From Lentisphaerota bacterium (GTDB lineage: Bacteria; Verrucomicrobiota; Kiritimatiellia; RFP12; UBA1067), in assembly GCA_015061665.1 (NCBI GenBank), contig SUWC01000004.1, forward strand, positions 17,275 through 81,274: 64,000 nucleotides of DNA, given 5' to 3'. Under the pieces are notes generated by a model. It was not told the DNA's origin and did no database searches. It worked only from the letters and a program-made list of their open reading frames with translations. Both the position numbers and the translations under genes were made by a program. Of this stretch, positions 55,319 to 64,000 are shown one piece after another. Numbering within the stretch: the first letter of the stretch is position 1; the number at the start of each line of letters is the position of its first letter.

Positions 55319-58300
55319 ATGAAGCCCACGGTCAACATATCTTCGGCGGCGTGCAGACTCGTCTGCGCAGCCATCTTCGCGCATGCCTTCACCGCTGCGT
55401 TCGCCCAGGCGAACGTCAAGGAGGACGACTGGTCCCGAATCTACCTAGGTTCGAACCCAAGCGTCAACAGGGACGGCTCGCAGTTCGTCTTCGAGTGGAA
55501 CGACCACCTCTGGTACGCCGACACGAAGGGCGGCTACGCCAAGAGGCTCGGCGCAAGCTCGTCCTCCGACTCCTGGCCCGTCATCAGCCCCGACGGAACG
55601 AAGATCGCGTTCGCGAGCGACCGCGACGGCGGGATGAAGGTGTTCGAGTTCGACATCCTCAACGACTCGGTCCGCCAGGTGACGTTCCACTCCGAGACCA
55701 CTTATCCGCGCTCGTGGACGCCCGACGGCAAGCGGCTGCTCTGCCAGGCCTTCCGCGACTCGTCCGGCCCTAAGACGTGCGAGCGCATCGTGATGGTGCA
55801 GACGAACAGGCGCTGCGCGGAGACGATGCCCTTCAACCTGGCGGCGACCGACCCCGCCATGAGCCCCGACGGAACCCGGATGCTCTTCACGAGGCGCGGC
55901 GACGAGCTCTACAGGCGGCGCCCCCACTCGACCGGCCCCGCGGCCGGGCAGATCTGGATGTACACCCTGGCGACTGGCGAGTTCACCCCTATGGTGACCC
56001 ATGAGACCGACTGCCGCAATCCGCTGTGGACGCCGGACGGCGCCGGGTTCTACTACCTCGACGCCGTCGGAGGGGCGAGAAACGTCTGGTACCACGACCT
56101 TGCGACGGGGAAGGAGCACCAGCTTACCTTCTTCACGGACGCGCACGTGTTCCAGCCGTCGCTCAGCGCCGACGGAAAGACACTGGTCTTCAGGCAGGAC
56201 TTCGACTTCTGGCGGCTCGAGGAGCCCCTGAAGCGCGGCTCGAAGCCGCAGAAGATACTCCTCAAGCCCGAGCAGGGCTACGTGGAGCGCGGAAAGTCGA
56301 AGCGCCGCAGGTATGAGGAATGCTGGAACAACGACTCCTCGGGCGACGTCTCCTTCTGCGACAACGGAACGCAGATCGCGTTCACCACCGGAGGCGACCT
56401 GTTCGTCATGGACACCGTAATCTGCGAGCCCACGCTCGTCCACGGCGAGACGCGGACGCATGAGCGCGAGTGCGCGTTCTCCGTCGACGGGAAGTCGCTC
56501 TACTACCTGAGCGACCGCGGCGACATGTCCTACGTCATCAAGGCGGAGCCGAGCGACCCGATGCTGCCGTGGTGGGAAAACTCGTCCTTCACCAAGACGA
56601 CCGTCGTCGACGGCGGCTCCCAGAAGCAAGGGCTCAGCACAAGCCCCGACGGCTCGCTGATCGCATGGCAGGACCCGAGCGGAATCTTCACGTTCGCGAC
56701 GACGAACGGAGTCGTCGTCGGCAATGGGCCGAACGCAACCGCCGGTGGCTCTTACGCATGGAGCCCCGACGGAAAATGGGTCGCCGCGCAGCTTTCGGAC
56801 GAGTTCGCCAACTGCGACGTGTGGATCATCTCCACGGACAACTCGGCGCCGCCCTACAACCTGTCGCGCAACTTCAAGTACGACGGCGAGCCCGCGTGGA
56901 GCCAGGACGGCAACATCATCGCCTTCGTGTCCGAAATGCCCGAGATCGGCAGCGGCAAGTACCTTCGCTACGTCTACCTCGACAAGTCGATAGAGGACGT
57001 CGAGACGTACGTCCTGGAGCTCGACAAGTCGCGCAAGCAGATCCGCGACAGCGCGGTCGTCCCCGGAAGGTACTCCGCCATCGAGCTGCCGGGCGAGAAG
57101 CTCGCCTCGGGCGAGAAGAAGGGAATCGACTTCACGGACCTCGCCGAGCGCGTGCGCACCGTCAAGGTGAACGCCTCGCTGCCGTTCATCGCATGGGATT
57201 CGCGCACCATCGCATACGCGGTGACCGACAACAGGACCGACACCGTGCACATACCGGACAGGCTAACGGGCAACAAGCTCTACGACTGCGCGGGAGTGCC
57301 GCGCGGATGGGTCCAGAAGGACGACAAGGTCCTCTGGCTCGTCAACCGCCACCCCGCCATCGGGCCGCGCATCCTCAACTTCAACGTGTACCAGAACACG
57401 AACTACGAGGACTACCAGGAACTAGCCTTCCGCAGCGCATGGGCGCACATCCGCGACATGTACTACGACCCCAATACGCACGGCGTCGACTGGCCCATGG
57501 TCGGAGAGCGCTACCTCAAGCCAGCGCGCCACGCGACGAGCTACTCGGTCTTCCTCCGCGTCATGAACATGGTGCTGGGAGAGCTCGATTCCTCGCACCT
57601 CGGATTCTATGCGGACAACAATTCCAACAAGGAATGGGTGCGCCGCTCGCCCAGCGCTGGATGGAACGACACGACGGCCCACCTTGGGCTTCGGTTCGAA
57701 AGCCCCAATGCGCCCGACGGCTGGATCGTCAAGGACATCATCCCCGGCGGCCCCGCAGACCGCGCGGGAATCGGCATCTCGCCCGGTGACGTCGTGATCG
57801 CCATAGACGGCACGAGCGTGGGCGGGAACATCGACCCCACAAGCGTGCTCAACGGCCCGTCCGGACGCAAGGTGCGCGTCACTTTCCGCCGCACGGGAGG
57901 AAACGTGGAGACGACGGTCATCCAGTCGACGACGTTCGGCGACGCGCGCGAGAAGATCGGGCAGGAGGAGCTGAAGTCGAAGCGCAGATACGTCCACGAG
58001 CGCAGCAACGGCGCTTTCGGATACCTGAACATCGACGCGATGAACTGGGAGTCGCTCTGGCGCTTCCAGCACGAGGTGTTCTCAGAGGGATACGGGCGCG
58101 ACGGGCTCGTCATCGACGTGCGCAACAACTACGGAGGGTTCACCGCCGACCAGATGCTCCAGATCCTGATGGGCGCGGACCACTCGCGCGCAGTGACGCG
58201 CACCTGCGGCGCCGGATACCTCTTCGGCTACTGGGGACGCCCCGTCTGGTCGAAGCCCATAGTCGTCCTCTGCAACGAGAACACCGGCTCGAACGGCGAG

Positions 58301-58618
58301 ATATTCTCCCACGCGATCAAGACGCTCAAGCGCGGCAAGCTCGTCGGACGCGAAACCGGCGGAGGCGTCATCGCGACATACGACGCGCCCCTCCTGGACC
58401 TCGGTTCGTTCCGCGACGCGCGCTACGGCTGGTTCGTCCTGGACGGAACAGACATGGAGCACCACGGGGCGAAGCCGGACTTCGAGGTGGACGACCTGCC
58501 TGGCGACCTGGTCAAGGGAATAGACGCCCAGCTCGACAAGGCAATTGAAGTCCTTGGAAAAGACATCGAGGAGTGGCGCAAGGCACACCCCCCGATCGAC
58601 TTCAAGTTTTCGCACTAA
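55319..58618 (+). CDS. Tricorn-protease-like secreted protein (beta-propeller repeats + PDZ + S41 peptidase)
   Basis: The start was moved to ATG 55319 (signal peptide MKPTVNISSAACRLVCAAIFAHAFTAAFA). Repeated SPDG/TPDG propeller motifs, a PDZ-like segment GISPGDVVIAIDG, and the S41 block LCNENTGSNGEIFSHAIK...GRETGGGV. Confidence 0.85.
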   Translation: MKPTVNISSAACRLVCAAIFAHAFTAAFAQANVKEDDWSRIYLGSNPSVNRDGSQFVFEWNDHLWYADTKGGYAKRLGASSSSDSWPVISPDGTKIAFASDRDGGMKVFEFDILNDSVRQVTFHSETTYPRSWTPDGKRLLCQAFRDSSGPKTCERIVMVQTNRRCAETMPFNLAATDPAMSPDGTRMLFTRRGDELYRRRPHSTGPAAGQIWMYTLATGEFTPMVTHETDCRNPLWTPDGAGFYYLDAVGGARNVWYHDLATGKEHQLTFFTDAHVFQPSLSADGKTLVFRQDFDFWRLEEPLKRGSKPQKILLKPEQGYVERGKSKRRRYEECWNNDSSGDVSFCDNGTQIAFTTGGDLFVMDTVICEPTLVHGETRTHERECAFSVDGKSLYYLSDRGDMSYVIKAEPSDPMLPWWENSSFTKTTVVDGGSQKQGLSTSPDGSLIAWQDPSGIFTFATTNGVVVGNGPNATAGGSYAWSPDGKWVAAQLSDEFANCDVWIISTDNSAPPYNLSRNFKYDGEPAWSQDGNIIAFVSEMPEIGSGKYLRYVYLDKSIEDVETYVLELDKSRKQIRDSAVVPGRYSAIELPGEKLASGEKKGIDFTDLAERVRTVKVNASLPFIAWDSRTIAYAVTDNRTDTVHIPDRLTGNKLYDCAGVPRGWVQKDDKVLWLVNRHPAIGPRILNFNVYQNTNYEDYQELAFRSAWAHIRDMYYDPNTHGVDWPMVGERYLKPARHATSYSVFLRVMNMVLGELDSSHLGFYADNNSNKEWVRRSPSAGWNDTTAHLGLRFESPNAPDGWIVKDIIPGGPADRAGIGISPGDVVIAIDGTSVGGNIDPTSVLNGPSGRKVRVTFRRTGGNVETTVIQSTTFGDAREKIGQEELKSKRRYVHERSNGAFGYLNIDAMNWESLWRFQHEVFSEGYGRDGLVIDVRNNYGGFTADQMLQILMGADHSRAVTRTCGAGYLFGYWGRPVWSKPIVVLCNENTGSNGEIFSHAIKTLKRGKLVGRETGGGVIATYDAPLLDLGSFRDARYGWFVLDGTDMEHHGAKPDFEVDDLPGDLVKGIDAQLDKAIEVLGKDIEEWRKAHPPIDFKFSH

Positions 58619-58627
58619 ATACGACGC

Positions 58628-59467
58628 CTATTCGTCGTCGTCATCTCCATCCCCGCCGGCGTAGAACGATTCGTCGTCCTCGTCGTCGGGGTTTTCCGCA
58701 AGCCACTTCTTAAGGGCCTCGGGCGTCGTGATGTCCTCTTCGCCCGTAAAGTCGGCGATCGACTCGACGATCCTCGACTTGACCTCTTCGGACCCCGACT
58801 CCCACACCTTGAGATACGTGTCGACGGCTATGCTGTTGCGCATGTCGGACTCAATCGCAAGGAACAGCGACTCGACGGCATCTTCGTCTGTCAGCGCCTT
58901 CGCAACCGATGTGAGGATGGCCGCAAGCTCCCTATCGCCCAGATCGGGGTCGTCAATCGCCTCCGAGAACTTGTCCATGACGTCCTCAAGAACCTCAGGA
59001 TCCGAATCCGCCATGAACGCAACGAGGTCCGCAAGCGACTCGGGCAGGAACCACCCGATCGCCTCGACGGCCTTGGAACGGACGTAGGGCGGCACGGAGT
59101 CGGGTCCGTTCTTCCTCTGTGTGACGAGTATCTGCTCGGCGAGCTTCGACACCTTCTTGGCGTCCTCCGCGTCCAGAGCGTCCTGAAGGTCGTCGATCAG
59201 CTTCTTCATCTCGGGAGTAAGCGAATCGTATTCGTCGTCCGTCAGCCGGATGTCGGGCCTCTTTTCCGAGCTGCTGAAGCTCTTGATCTTCGCAGCTCGC
59301 ACCCCTTTCTTGCCGCTCTGCGCCTGGCCCTTCTTCACTTTGACCGAAAGGGTCTTCTTGTCGGGCTCGCCGCCCCTTCCGTACGAAAGCCAGAAAGCGG
59401 TGCCAGAAGCCGCAACGACAAGCAGCACTGCAAGTATAACGATGTTTCTTTTCGTAGTCATGTTCAT
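58628..59467 (-). CDS. Membrane-anchored helical-repeat (HEAT-like) protein with polyacidic C-terminus
   Basis: The start was moved to ATG 59467 (MNMTTKRNIVILAVLLVVAASG) because the longer ORF overlaps folP. The tail is DDEDDESFYAGGDGDDDDE. Confidence 0.6.
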   Translation of the reverse strand: MNMTTKRNIVILAVLLVVAASGTAFWLSYGRGGEPDKKTLSVKVKKGQAQSGKKGVRAAKIKSFSSSEKRPDIRLTDDEYDSLTPEMKKLIDDLQDALDAEDAKKVSKLAEQILVTQRKNGPDSVPPYVRSKAVEAIGWFLPESLADLVAFMADSDPEVLEDVMDKFSEAIDDPDLGDRELAAILTSVAKALTDEDAVESLFLAIESDMRNSIAVDTYLKVWESGSEEVKSRIVESIADFTGEEDITTPEALKKWLAENPDDEDDESFYAGGDGDDDDE

Positions 59468-59487
59468 AATAATTAATATGCGGCAAA

Positions 59488-60255
59488 TCAACCCAAATGA
59501 CAGTTCGCGGACACGGCCTCGTCGCACGCGGCATAGACCTTCAATGCCTGAATTGTCTCGCCCACGTCGTGGACGCGGACAACCGACGCGCCGTGCACTG
59601 CGGCCCAGATGGCAACGCCAACGCTGCCGCCGACGTTTTTGCCGGCGACCTTCTCCCCTGTAAGCTTCTTCACTATCCGCTTGCGGCTTGCTCCTATCAG
59701 GACGCGCCCCAACTTAGACATCGTGGGGACAGACCCCAGCAGCGACAGGTCATCCTCCCTCGTCGTCCCGAAACCGATCATAGGATCGAGGTAGAGCGGA
59801 ACGTCCGTCTTCGGAATCTCCGTCAGCGCATCGCCGCTTTCAGCGGGGACAGACCCTGGGATCCTGAACGGGATCACGAGTTCGGCGTTCCTCCTTGCGC
59901 AAATCGGCAACATTTCGGCCACCGGTGCCGCGTAGACGCAGTTGACGATATTTGCACCGGCCTCAACTGCGCGCTCCGCCGTCTCGGGATGGTATGTGTC
60001 GACGGAGAGCGCAAAGCGCCCTCGGGCAAACGACGCCAGGCCCCTTATGACGGGCTCTATACGCGACCACTCCTCCTCCCATCCGACGGGGACAGCCCCT
60101 GGGCGCGTGGATTCACCGCCCAGATCGATGATTTCTGCGCCTTCGGCGGCAAGGTTCCTTGCGCGCCTTACCGCCTCGTCCGGACGGAAGTACTTACCTC
60201 CGTCCGAAAACGAGTCGGGGGTTACGTTGACAATCCCCATTACGCGGCAATCCAT
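59488..60255 (-). CDS. folP: Dihydropteroate synthase
   Basis: MGIVNVTPDSFSDGG, IIDLGGESTRPG, SVDTYHPE. I prefer the ATG at 60255 (SD AAGGGGTGGGG) over the GTG at 60264. Confidence 0.93.
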   Translation of the reverse strand: MDCRVMGIVNVTPDSFSDGGKYFRPDEAVRRARNLAAEGAEIIDLGGESTRPGAVPVGWEEEWSRIEPVIRGLASFARGRFALSVDTYHPETAERAVEAGANIVNCVYAAPVAEMLPICARRNAELVIPFRIPGSVPAESGDALTEIPKTDVPLYLDPMIGFGTTREDDLSLLGSVPTMSKLGRVLIGASRKRIVKKLTGEKVAGKNVGGSVGVAIWAAVHGASVVRVHDVGETIQALKVYAACDEAVSANCHLG

Positions 60256-60283
60256 GGTCCCCACCCCTTTTGACGCCGCCCGA

Positions 60284-63200
60284 TCAGGGAGCGACTAGAT
60301 TGAACTCTAGCGATGCCGGAGTGGAAAAACCGTTCACGCGACTCGAATAGAAGAACGTTCCGGTGGCGAACGGACGGACTGTCTGATCGTCGTCCCCGCA
60401 CCCGCAGTCGAGCCAGCCGGGGGTGACGACTCCCTTGAAGGAGGCAATGACCGTGCGACGGTCGATCGTCGTCTTGGCCTTGCCGGTGATGACGCCTGTG
60501 GCCTCGCTGAACTTCCAGGTCGCCTGAACCTCCTCGCCGTCAACCGTGGCGACAAGGTCATCCTCGGTGCCGAGGCCGAAAAGCGAGAGCCAGTCGGGAA
60601 TCTCGTTGCCAGGCGCATAGAAGCCGCCGTAGACGTTCATCGTCGCCTCAAGGGCGTTGTCCGCCGCGCTCGTCGTGCGCTTCCACAGCGAGCTGACGCC
60701 TTTGGGCGCAAGCACCACGCGGACCGTCTCGCTGTTGTCGTAAAGCGACTCGCCGTTCGCCTGTATGCGAAGTACCGCCGCAAGGTCGTCCTTCGCCGCA
60801 TACTTCTTCGAACCGTTGGAAAGCTTGCAGGACGAGCGCGTGTAGACGGGGAGTATCGCGTAGTCGGGATCGTCGGGATCCACGCCAAGATAGGCCGAGC
60901 CGCTTACGGCGATGCCGTTCGGGAGTGCGCCGGCGTATGTCACGAGCCCCTTGCTGGCGTTCATCGTGCTAGTCTTGAGCGAAAGATATCCTGCGCCGAA
61001 GGTGTAGTACCATGCCGTCGTCTCCTCGACGGGCATCGAGACCGTGTACGAGCCGGAGAAGCGCGCGTAGCCGGATGCGACGGACGACTTGCCCGAGGTG
61101 CTTCCAATGGACGCGGTGAGAATTCCGTCAAGCGTGAGCGTCACCTTGAGCGTCGTGCTCCCCGTCTTGATGGAGGACGTAAGCAGCCCACTCTCGGGAT
61201 CGAACTTCGTCCACTTGCCGGAGAACGACGTCGTGCCGCCGTTGAAGCGCTTTGCCGTGACGGCCTTCTTCGTCGTCTGCGCGACCTGAATCGCGGAGGA
61301 AAGCGTCGTCACACCCCAATCGTCCGTCTTGTAGAGCGGCACGGACGTCGTGAACGCAGAGGCGTAGAACGGATTTACCGTGCTCGGAGAGGCGACGATA
61401 AGCGTTGCCTTGGTGCTCTCGGTCGAGACGACCTTCTTGCCTGTCGAGTTCTTCACAGTCACCTTGTACGTGAAGCTGAACGTGCCAGTCACGGCCGTGG
61501 TGCCCTTTACCACGACGGACGACGTCGCGGCGTCCCATGCGAGCGAGAGCCCCTTGGGGAGCTTGCCCTTCGTAATGGCGACGGTTACCTTCTGTCCCTT
61601 GGCGACGACATAGGACGAAAGCGGCGTCTTCGTCGAGAAGTCCGCGTAGACATAGCCTTCGTCGGACGTGACGGCCTCGAAGGAGTTCGTTATGGTCGCG
61701 TCGAAGACCGTGCTGACGCCCTCGAAGCGCGTGACTGCGCTGGAGACCTCGGGAGACGTCACGCGGAGGACGAGCCTCTTCGCTGCAACGTCGATGCGCG
61801 TCAGCTCTGCCTCGAGCTCGCCTGACGTCGAAGTGGCGATTTCCACGCCGTCGCGCACGAGGGAGAGGTTGACCTGCCGTTCGACCGTCTTGTCAAGGAC
61901 CTCGAAGCGGACCTTGCCTCGCGACGGGTACTTGAGGAGATAGTGGTCCTTTGCGTCGTTGCACTGGAGCGTGGAGACGGCCGTGCCGCCGATCTCGAGC
62001 TCGTTGGTGGTCGTGGACGCATAGTCCTGCGCCTCGCTTCCGCGGTTCGCAAGCATAAGAAGGTCGTTGAGGCGTCCGATGTTCTCGGTCGGCTCGTAGT
62101 ACTTGTTGCCGAACGTGGCGTCGCCGTAGATGTTGTTGCGGTCGCGCCAGCTGTTGAAGCGTCCGACGACATTGTTGTTCGCGTCGATGAGAAGGACCGT
62201 CGGATTGCCGAGGCGAACGCCCGTCGCCTCTGGCGCAAGCCACTTCTTCGTGGAGTACTCGCGCGTCCGAGCGCGCACGGCGACGACATCGGGATCAGAG
62301 TCGGCGAGCCCGTGGCGCGAGAGGTAGGAAGCGCCTGTCACGACGTCGGTGTTCTTGATGTGGTCAACGCCCTTGACATAGGAGAGCTGCTGCGAACCAG
62401 CGCCGTTGGCATCCGTCTGCGCCTGGTCGAAGAGCGCGACCTGCACGCGGTTTGCCTCGCACCAGCCCTTGAATTCCGCCGACTCGAAGAATGTCTCGTC
62501 GATGCCGTAGCAGTAGGGGCACCACAGCGTGCCGGAGAAAACCGCGAGCGTGTAGTCCGCGCCTCCGTTGGCAACCTTTTGGCGGACGATGTCGTAGTCG
62601 TGGGTCCACTCCGAGAATCCGAGCGTGTCGGCTGTGCGCTCGCCGATCCAGTAGGGGTTTGTGTTGGAGTTCGCCTTCTGCGCGACGAACGTGATTCCGT
62701 TGGAGGCGACGACGTCGTTGGACGCGTCGAGAAGCTTGAGCTCGATGCGCTCGCCCTCTGCCGGATAGTCGATGCCGCCTGGAACCGTCACGTCGACATC
62801 CACGAACTTGTTCGTTTCAAGCGACGCCCACGTGAACATGTTCGTTTCCGTCGGCTTGATGGAGCCTGGCCACTCGACGACGAGCGAGCTGACCGTCTTG
62901 CCCGCGATTGCGCCAGTGCGCACAAGCGGGACGCGGACCACGGCGGTGGAAGGCTCCGCCTCAAGCCTGTCGTTGCGGTTCTTCAGGCCTGTGGTCCCTG
63001 CGGAATCCCCGCAGCGGAAGTCGACGGACGCCACTTCGTAGTTGGCGAAGTACTTCTCGATGCTCTTCTCGAACTGCGACGCGAGGCTGAGCCCGGCGGT
63101 CTTGACGGACATCGTCCCGTCGCGCCCGACAAAGGCCGTGGCCTTGACCGAGCCGTCCGCCTGGGGCCAGTAGAGACAGATGAACGGGAACTGCTTGAGC

Positions 63201-63601
63201 GCCTTGGTCGCGGAAAACTTGCCTGCGGCCGTGCGTGCGAACGTCACCGCCCCGGAGTCCTTGTTAGGCGCGACGTCCTTGCTGCTCTTACCCTGGACAT
63301 AGCAGTAGATATAGTCCGGGTGGGCGGCCTGCCAGTTCTTGAACTCGTCGGTGTTTACGACTTCCTCGAGCTTGCCGCACTCCGTGCAGCCTTCATTCGC
63401 CCAGAAAAGCACCATCGGGGCGGACGCCTTTTGCGCGAGGTTCGTGGCGGCGGAGAACTTCTCCATCCAAAACCCGGTTCCGACCTCGGAGGATACGGTG
63501 ACCGGCAAAGCAGCGAACAAGGCGCTAGAAGCCATGAACGCTGATGTGAATAACGTGGCCTTTACTTTGCTCGCCACGTGAAACTTCTTACAATTCATCA
63601 T
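60284..63601 (-). CDS. Large secreted protein with two thioredoxin-fold-like CxxC modules and beta-rich C-terminal two-thirds
   Basis: 1105 aa with a signal peptide. VLFWANEGCTECGKLEEVV and LAVFSGTLWCPYCYGIDETFF resemble Trx-like motifs. The remainder is Thr/Ser/Val-rich and Ig-like. No family recognised. Confidence 0.7.
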   Translation of the reverse strand: MMNCKKFHVASKVKATLFTSAFMASSALFAALPVTVSSEVGTGFWMEKFSAATNLAQKASAPMVLFWANEGCTECGKLEEVVNTDEFKNWQAAHPDYIYCYVQGKSSKDVAPNKDSGAVTFARTAAGKFSATKALKQFPFICLYWPQADGSVKATAFVGRDGTMSVKTAGLSLASQFEKSIEKYFANYEVASVDFRCGDSAGTTGLKNRNDRLEAEPSTAVVRVPLVRTGAIAGKTVSSLVVEWPGSIKPTETNMFTWASLETNKFVDVDVTVPGGIDYPAEGERIELKLLDASNDVVASNGITFVAQKANSNTNPYWIGERTADTLGFSEWTHDYDIVRQKVANGGADYTLAVFSGTLWCPYCYGIDETFFESAEFKGWCEANRVQVALFDQAQTDANGAGSQQLSYVKGVDHIKNTDVVTGASYLSRHGLADSDPDVVAVRARTREYSTKKWLAPEATGVRLGNPTVLLIDANNNVVGRFNSWRDRNNIYGDATFGNKYYEPTENIGRLNDLLMLANRGSEAQDYASTTTNELEIGGTAVSTLQCNDAKDHYLLKYPSRGKVRFEVLDKTVERQVNLSLVRDGVEIATSTSGELEAELTRIDVAAKRLVLRVTSPEVSSAVTRFEGVSTVFDATITNSFEAVTSDEGYVYADFSTKTPLSSYVVAKGQKVTVAITKGKLPKGLSLAWDAATSSVVVKGTTAVTGTFSFTYKVTVKNSTGKKVVSTESTKATLIVASPSTVNPFYASAFTTSVPLYKTDDWGVTTLSSAIQVAQTTKKAVTAKRFNGGTTSFSGKWTKFDPESGLLTSSIKTGSTTLKVTLTLDGILTASIGSTSGKSSVASGYARFSGSYTVSMPVEETTAWYYTFGAGYLSLKTSTMNASKGLVTYAGALPNGIAVSGSAYLGVDPDDPDYAILPVYTRSSCKLSNGSKKYAAKDDLAAVLRIQANGESLYDNSETVRVVLAPKGVSSLWKRTTSAADNALEATMNVYGGFYAPGNEIPDWLSLFGLGTEDDLVATVDGEEVQATWKFSEATGVITGKAKTTIDRRTVIASFKGVVTPGWLDCGCGDDDQTVRPFATGTFFYSSRVNGFSTPASLEFNLVAP

Positions 63602-63636
63602 CGGTTCTGTCCTTTCTTTTTGCTGAAAGAACAGAT

Positions 63637-63645
63637 ATTATACCA
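63637..63645 (-). promoter_or_regulatory. Extended -10 box TGGTATAAT for the 1105-aa protein gene (35-nt leader)
   Basis: Forward attatacca at 63637-63645. Confidence 0.45.
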
Positions 63646-63668
63646 AAAAATGGCCGACGTGTGCCGCG

Positions 63669-64000
63669 CTATCTGGCGTTGACGGCCTGCTTGCGGTGGC
63701 GCGTCCAGAACTTCAGGAAGTCGGACGCCATGTCCCGCTTGAGCTCGTAGATCTCCCTGAAGGCGATCGCGGTCGCCGTTGCGCTGTCGCTTCCGCCGGC
63801 CATCGCCTCGAGGTACCTCGGGACGACCTTCCTGTAGGGGGCGAAGTCCTCGTTCGTGTACGATCCCTTCTCAAGGAAGTAGACAAGCGCCCAGCTGGCG
63901 ACGTAGTGGTCGTTTATGTCGCCCGAATAGAAATCGTCGCGCGACATCGCGGCGACTGGGCCCAGCCTGCGCGCGACGGCCTCGGGCCTGCGGTCGACCC
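63669..64000 (-). CDS. Hypothetical protein, N-terminus beyond window end
   Basis: The frame stays open from 63947 to position 64000 (my translation is VDRRPEAVARRLGPVAAMSRDDFYSGDINDHYVASWALVYFLEKG...). No family call. Confidence 0.5.
   Translation of the reverse strand, partial: VDRRPEAVARRLGPVAAMSRDDFYSGDINDHYVASWALVYFLEKGSYTNEDFAPYRKVVPRYLEAMAGGSDSATATAIAFREIYELKRDMASDFLKFWTRHRKQAVNAR

Noticed and set aside
55448-55458. GGTTCGAACCC, a tRNA T-arm-like string.
   Set aside because: It lies inside the tricorn-like coding sequence. No acceptor or anticodon stems can be built around it. I found no tRNA anywhere in the window.

Overview
This is a 64-kb high-GC bacterial chromosomal segment. Hand-counted 60-nt sample lines in core genes give about 70% G+C. 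Coding is very dense. I can support 56 protein-coding genes plus one possible gene remnant, mostly on the minus strand, and many junctions overlap by 1-29 nt. I recognised no rRNA, tRNA, CRISPR array, transposase or integrase. Core content: the start of the S10 ribosomal-protein operon (rpsJ-rplC-rplD-rplW-rplB, with rplB running off the window); an operon of gyrA, a secreted protein, a Zn-ribbon protein and an SNF2 helicase; mutL; the distal dcw genes ddl-ftsQ-ftsA-ftsZ (FtsZ is divergent); a dgkA-maf-queH-folB-murI operon; dapF, prc, dxs, panD, clpX-clpP-tig and folP; several transporters; and large secreted proteins (a tricorn-like protease and a 1105-aa protein with two CxxC thioredoxin-like modules). 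An accessory stretch lies between about 32.2 and 48.0 kb and has four parts. (i) A compositionally foreign five-gene minus-strand operon (32877-38493, sample lines 38-50% G+C in its core). It encodes an FRG-domain protein, two paralogous zinc-ribbon polytopic membrane proteins, a PH/GRAM-like + TerB-like + SpoVK/CbbX-type AAA+ ATPase, and a lipoprotein. I do not recognise this combination as a named system, and it is my top candidate for an undescribed conflict/defence-type module. (ii) Two COG1373-type AAA+/DUF4143 ATPases, one bracketed by 58-nt structured direct repeats. (iii) An overlapping ECF sigma factor / Ser-Thr kinase pair. (iv) A translationally coupled four-gene cluster (SPT-like alpha-oxoamine synthase, UbiA-family prenyltransferase, radical SAM/SPASM-like enzyme, DAGK-type lipid kinase) that looks like an uncharacterised lipid or small-molecule pathway. 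At a finer scale, a TGnTATAAT extended -10 box recurs in intergenic DNA. Eight copies sit only 6-8 nt from a start codon with no room for a Shine-Dalgarno sequence, which suggests frequent leaderless mRNAs. Taxonomy is only a weak inference: divergent FtsZ, ECF-STK pairing and the overall gene content are compatible with a PVC-group bacterium. All family assignments rest on by-eye motif recognition; no database search was possible.
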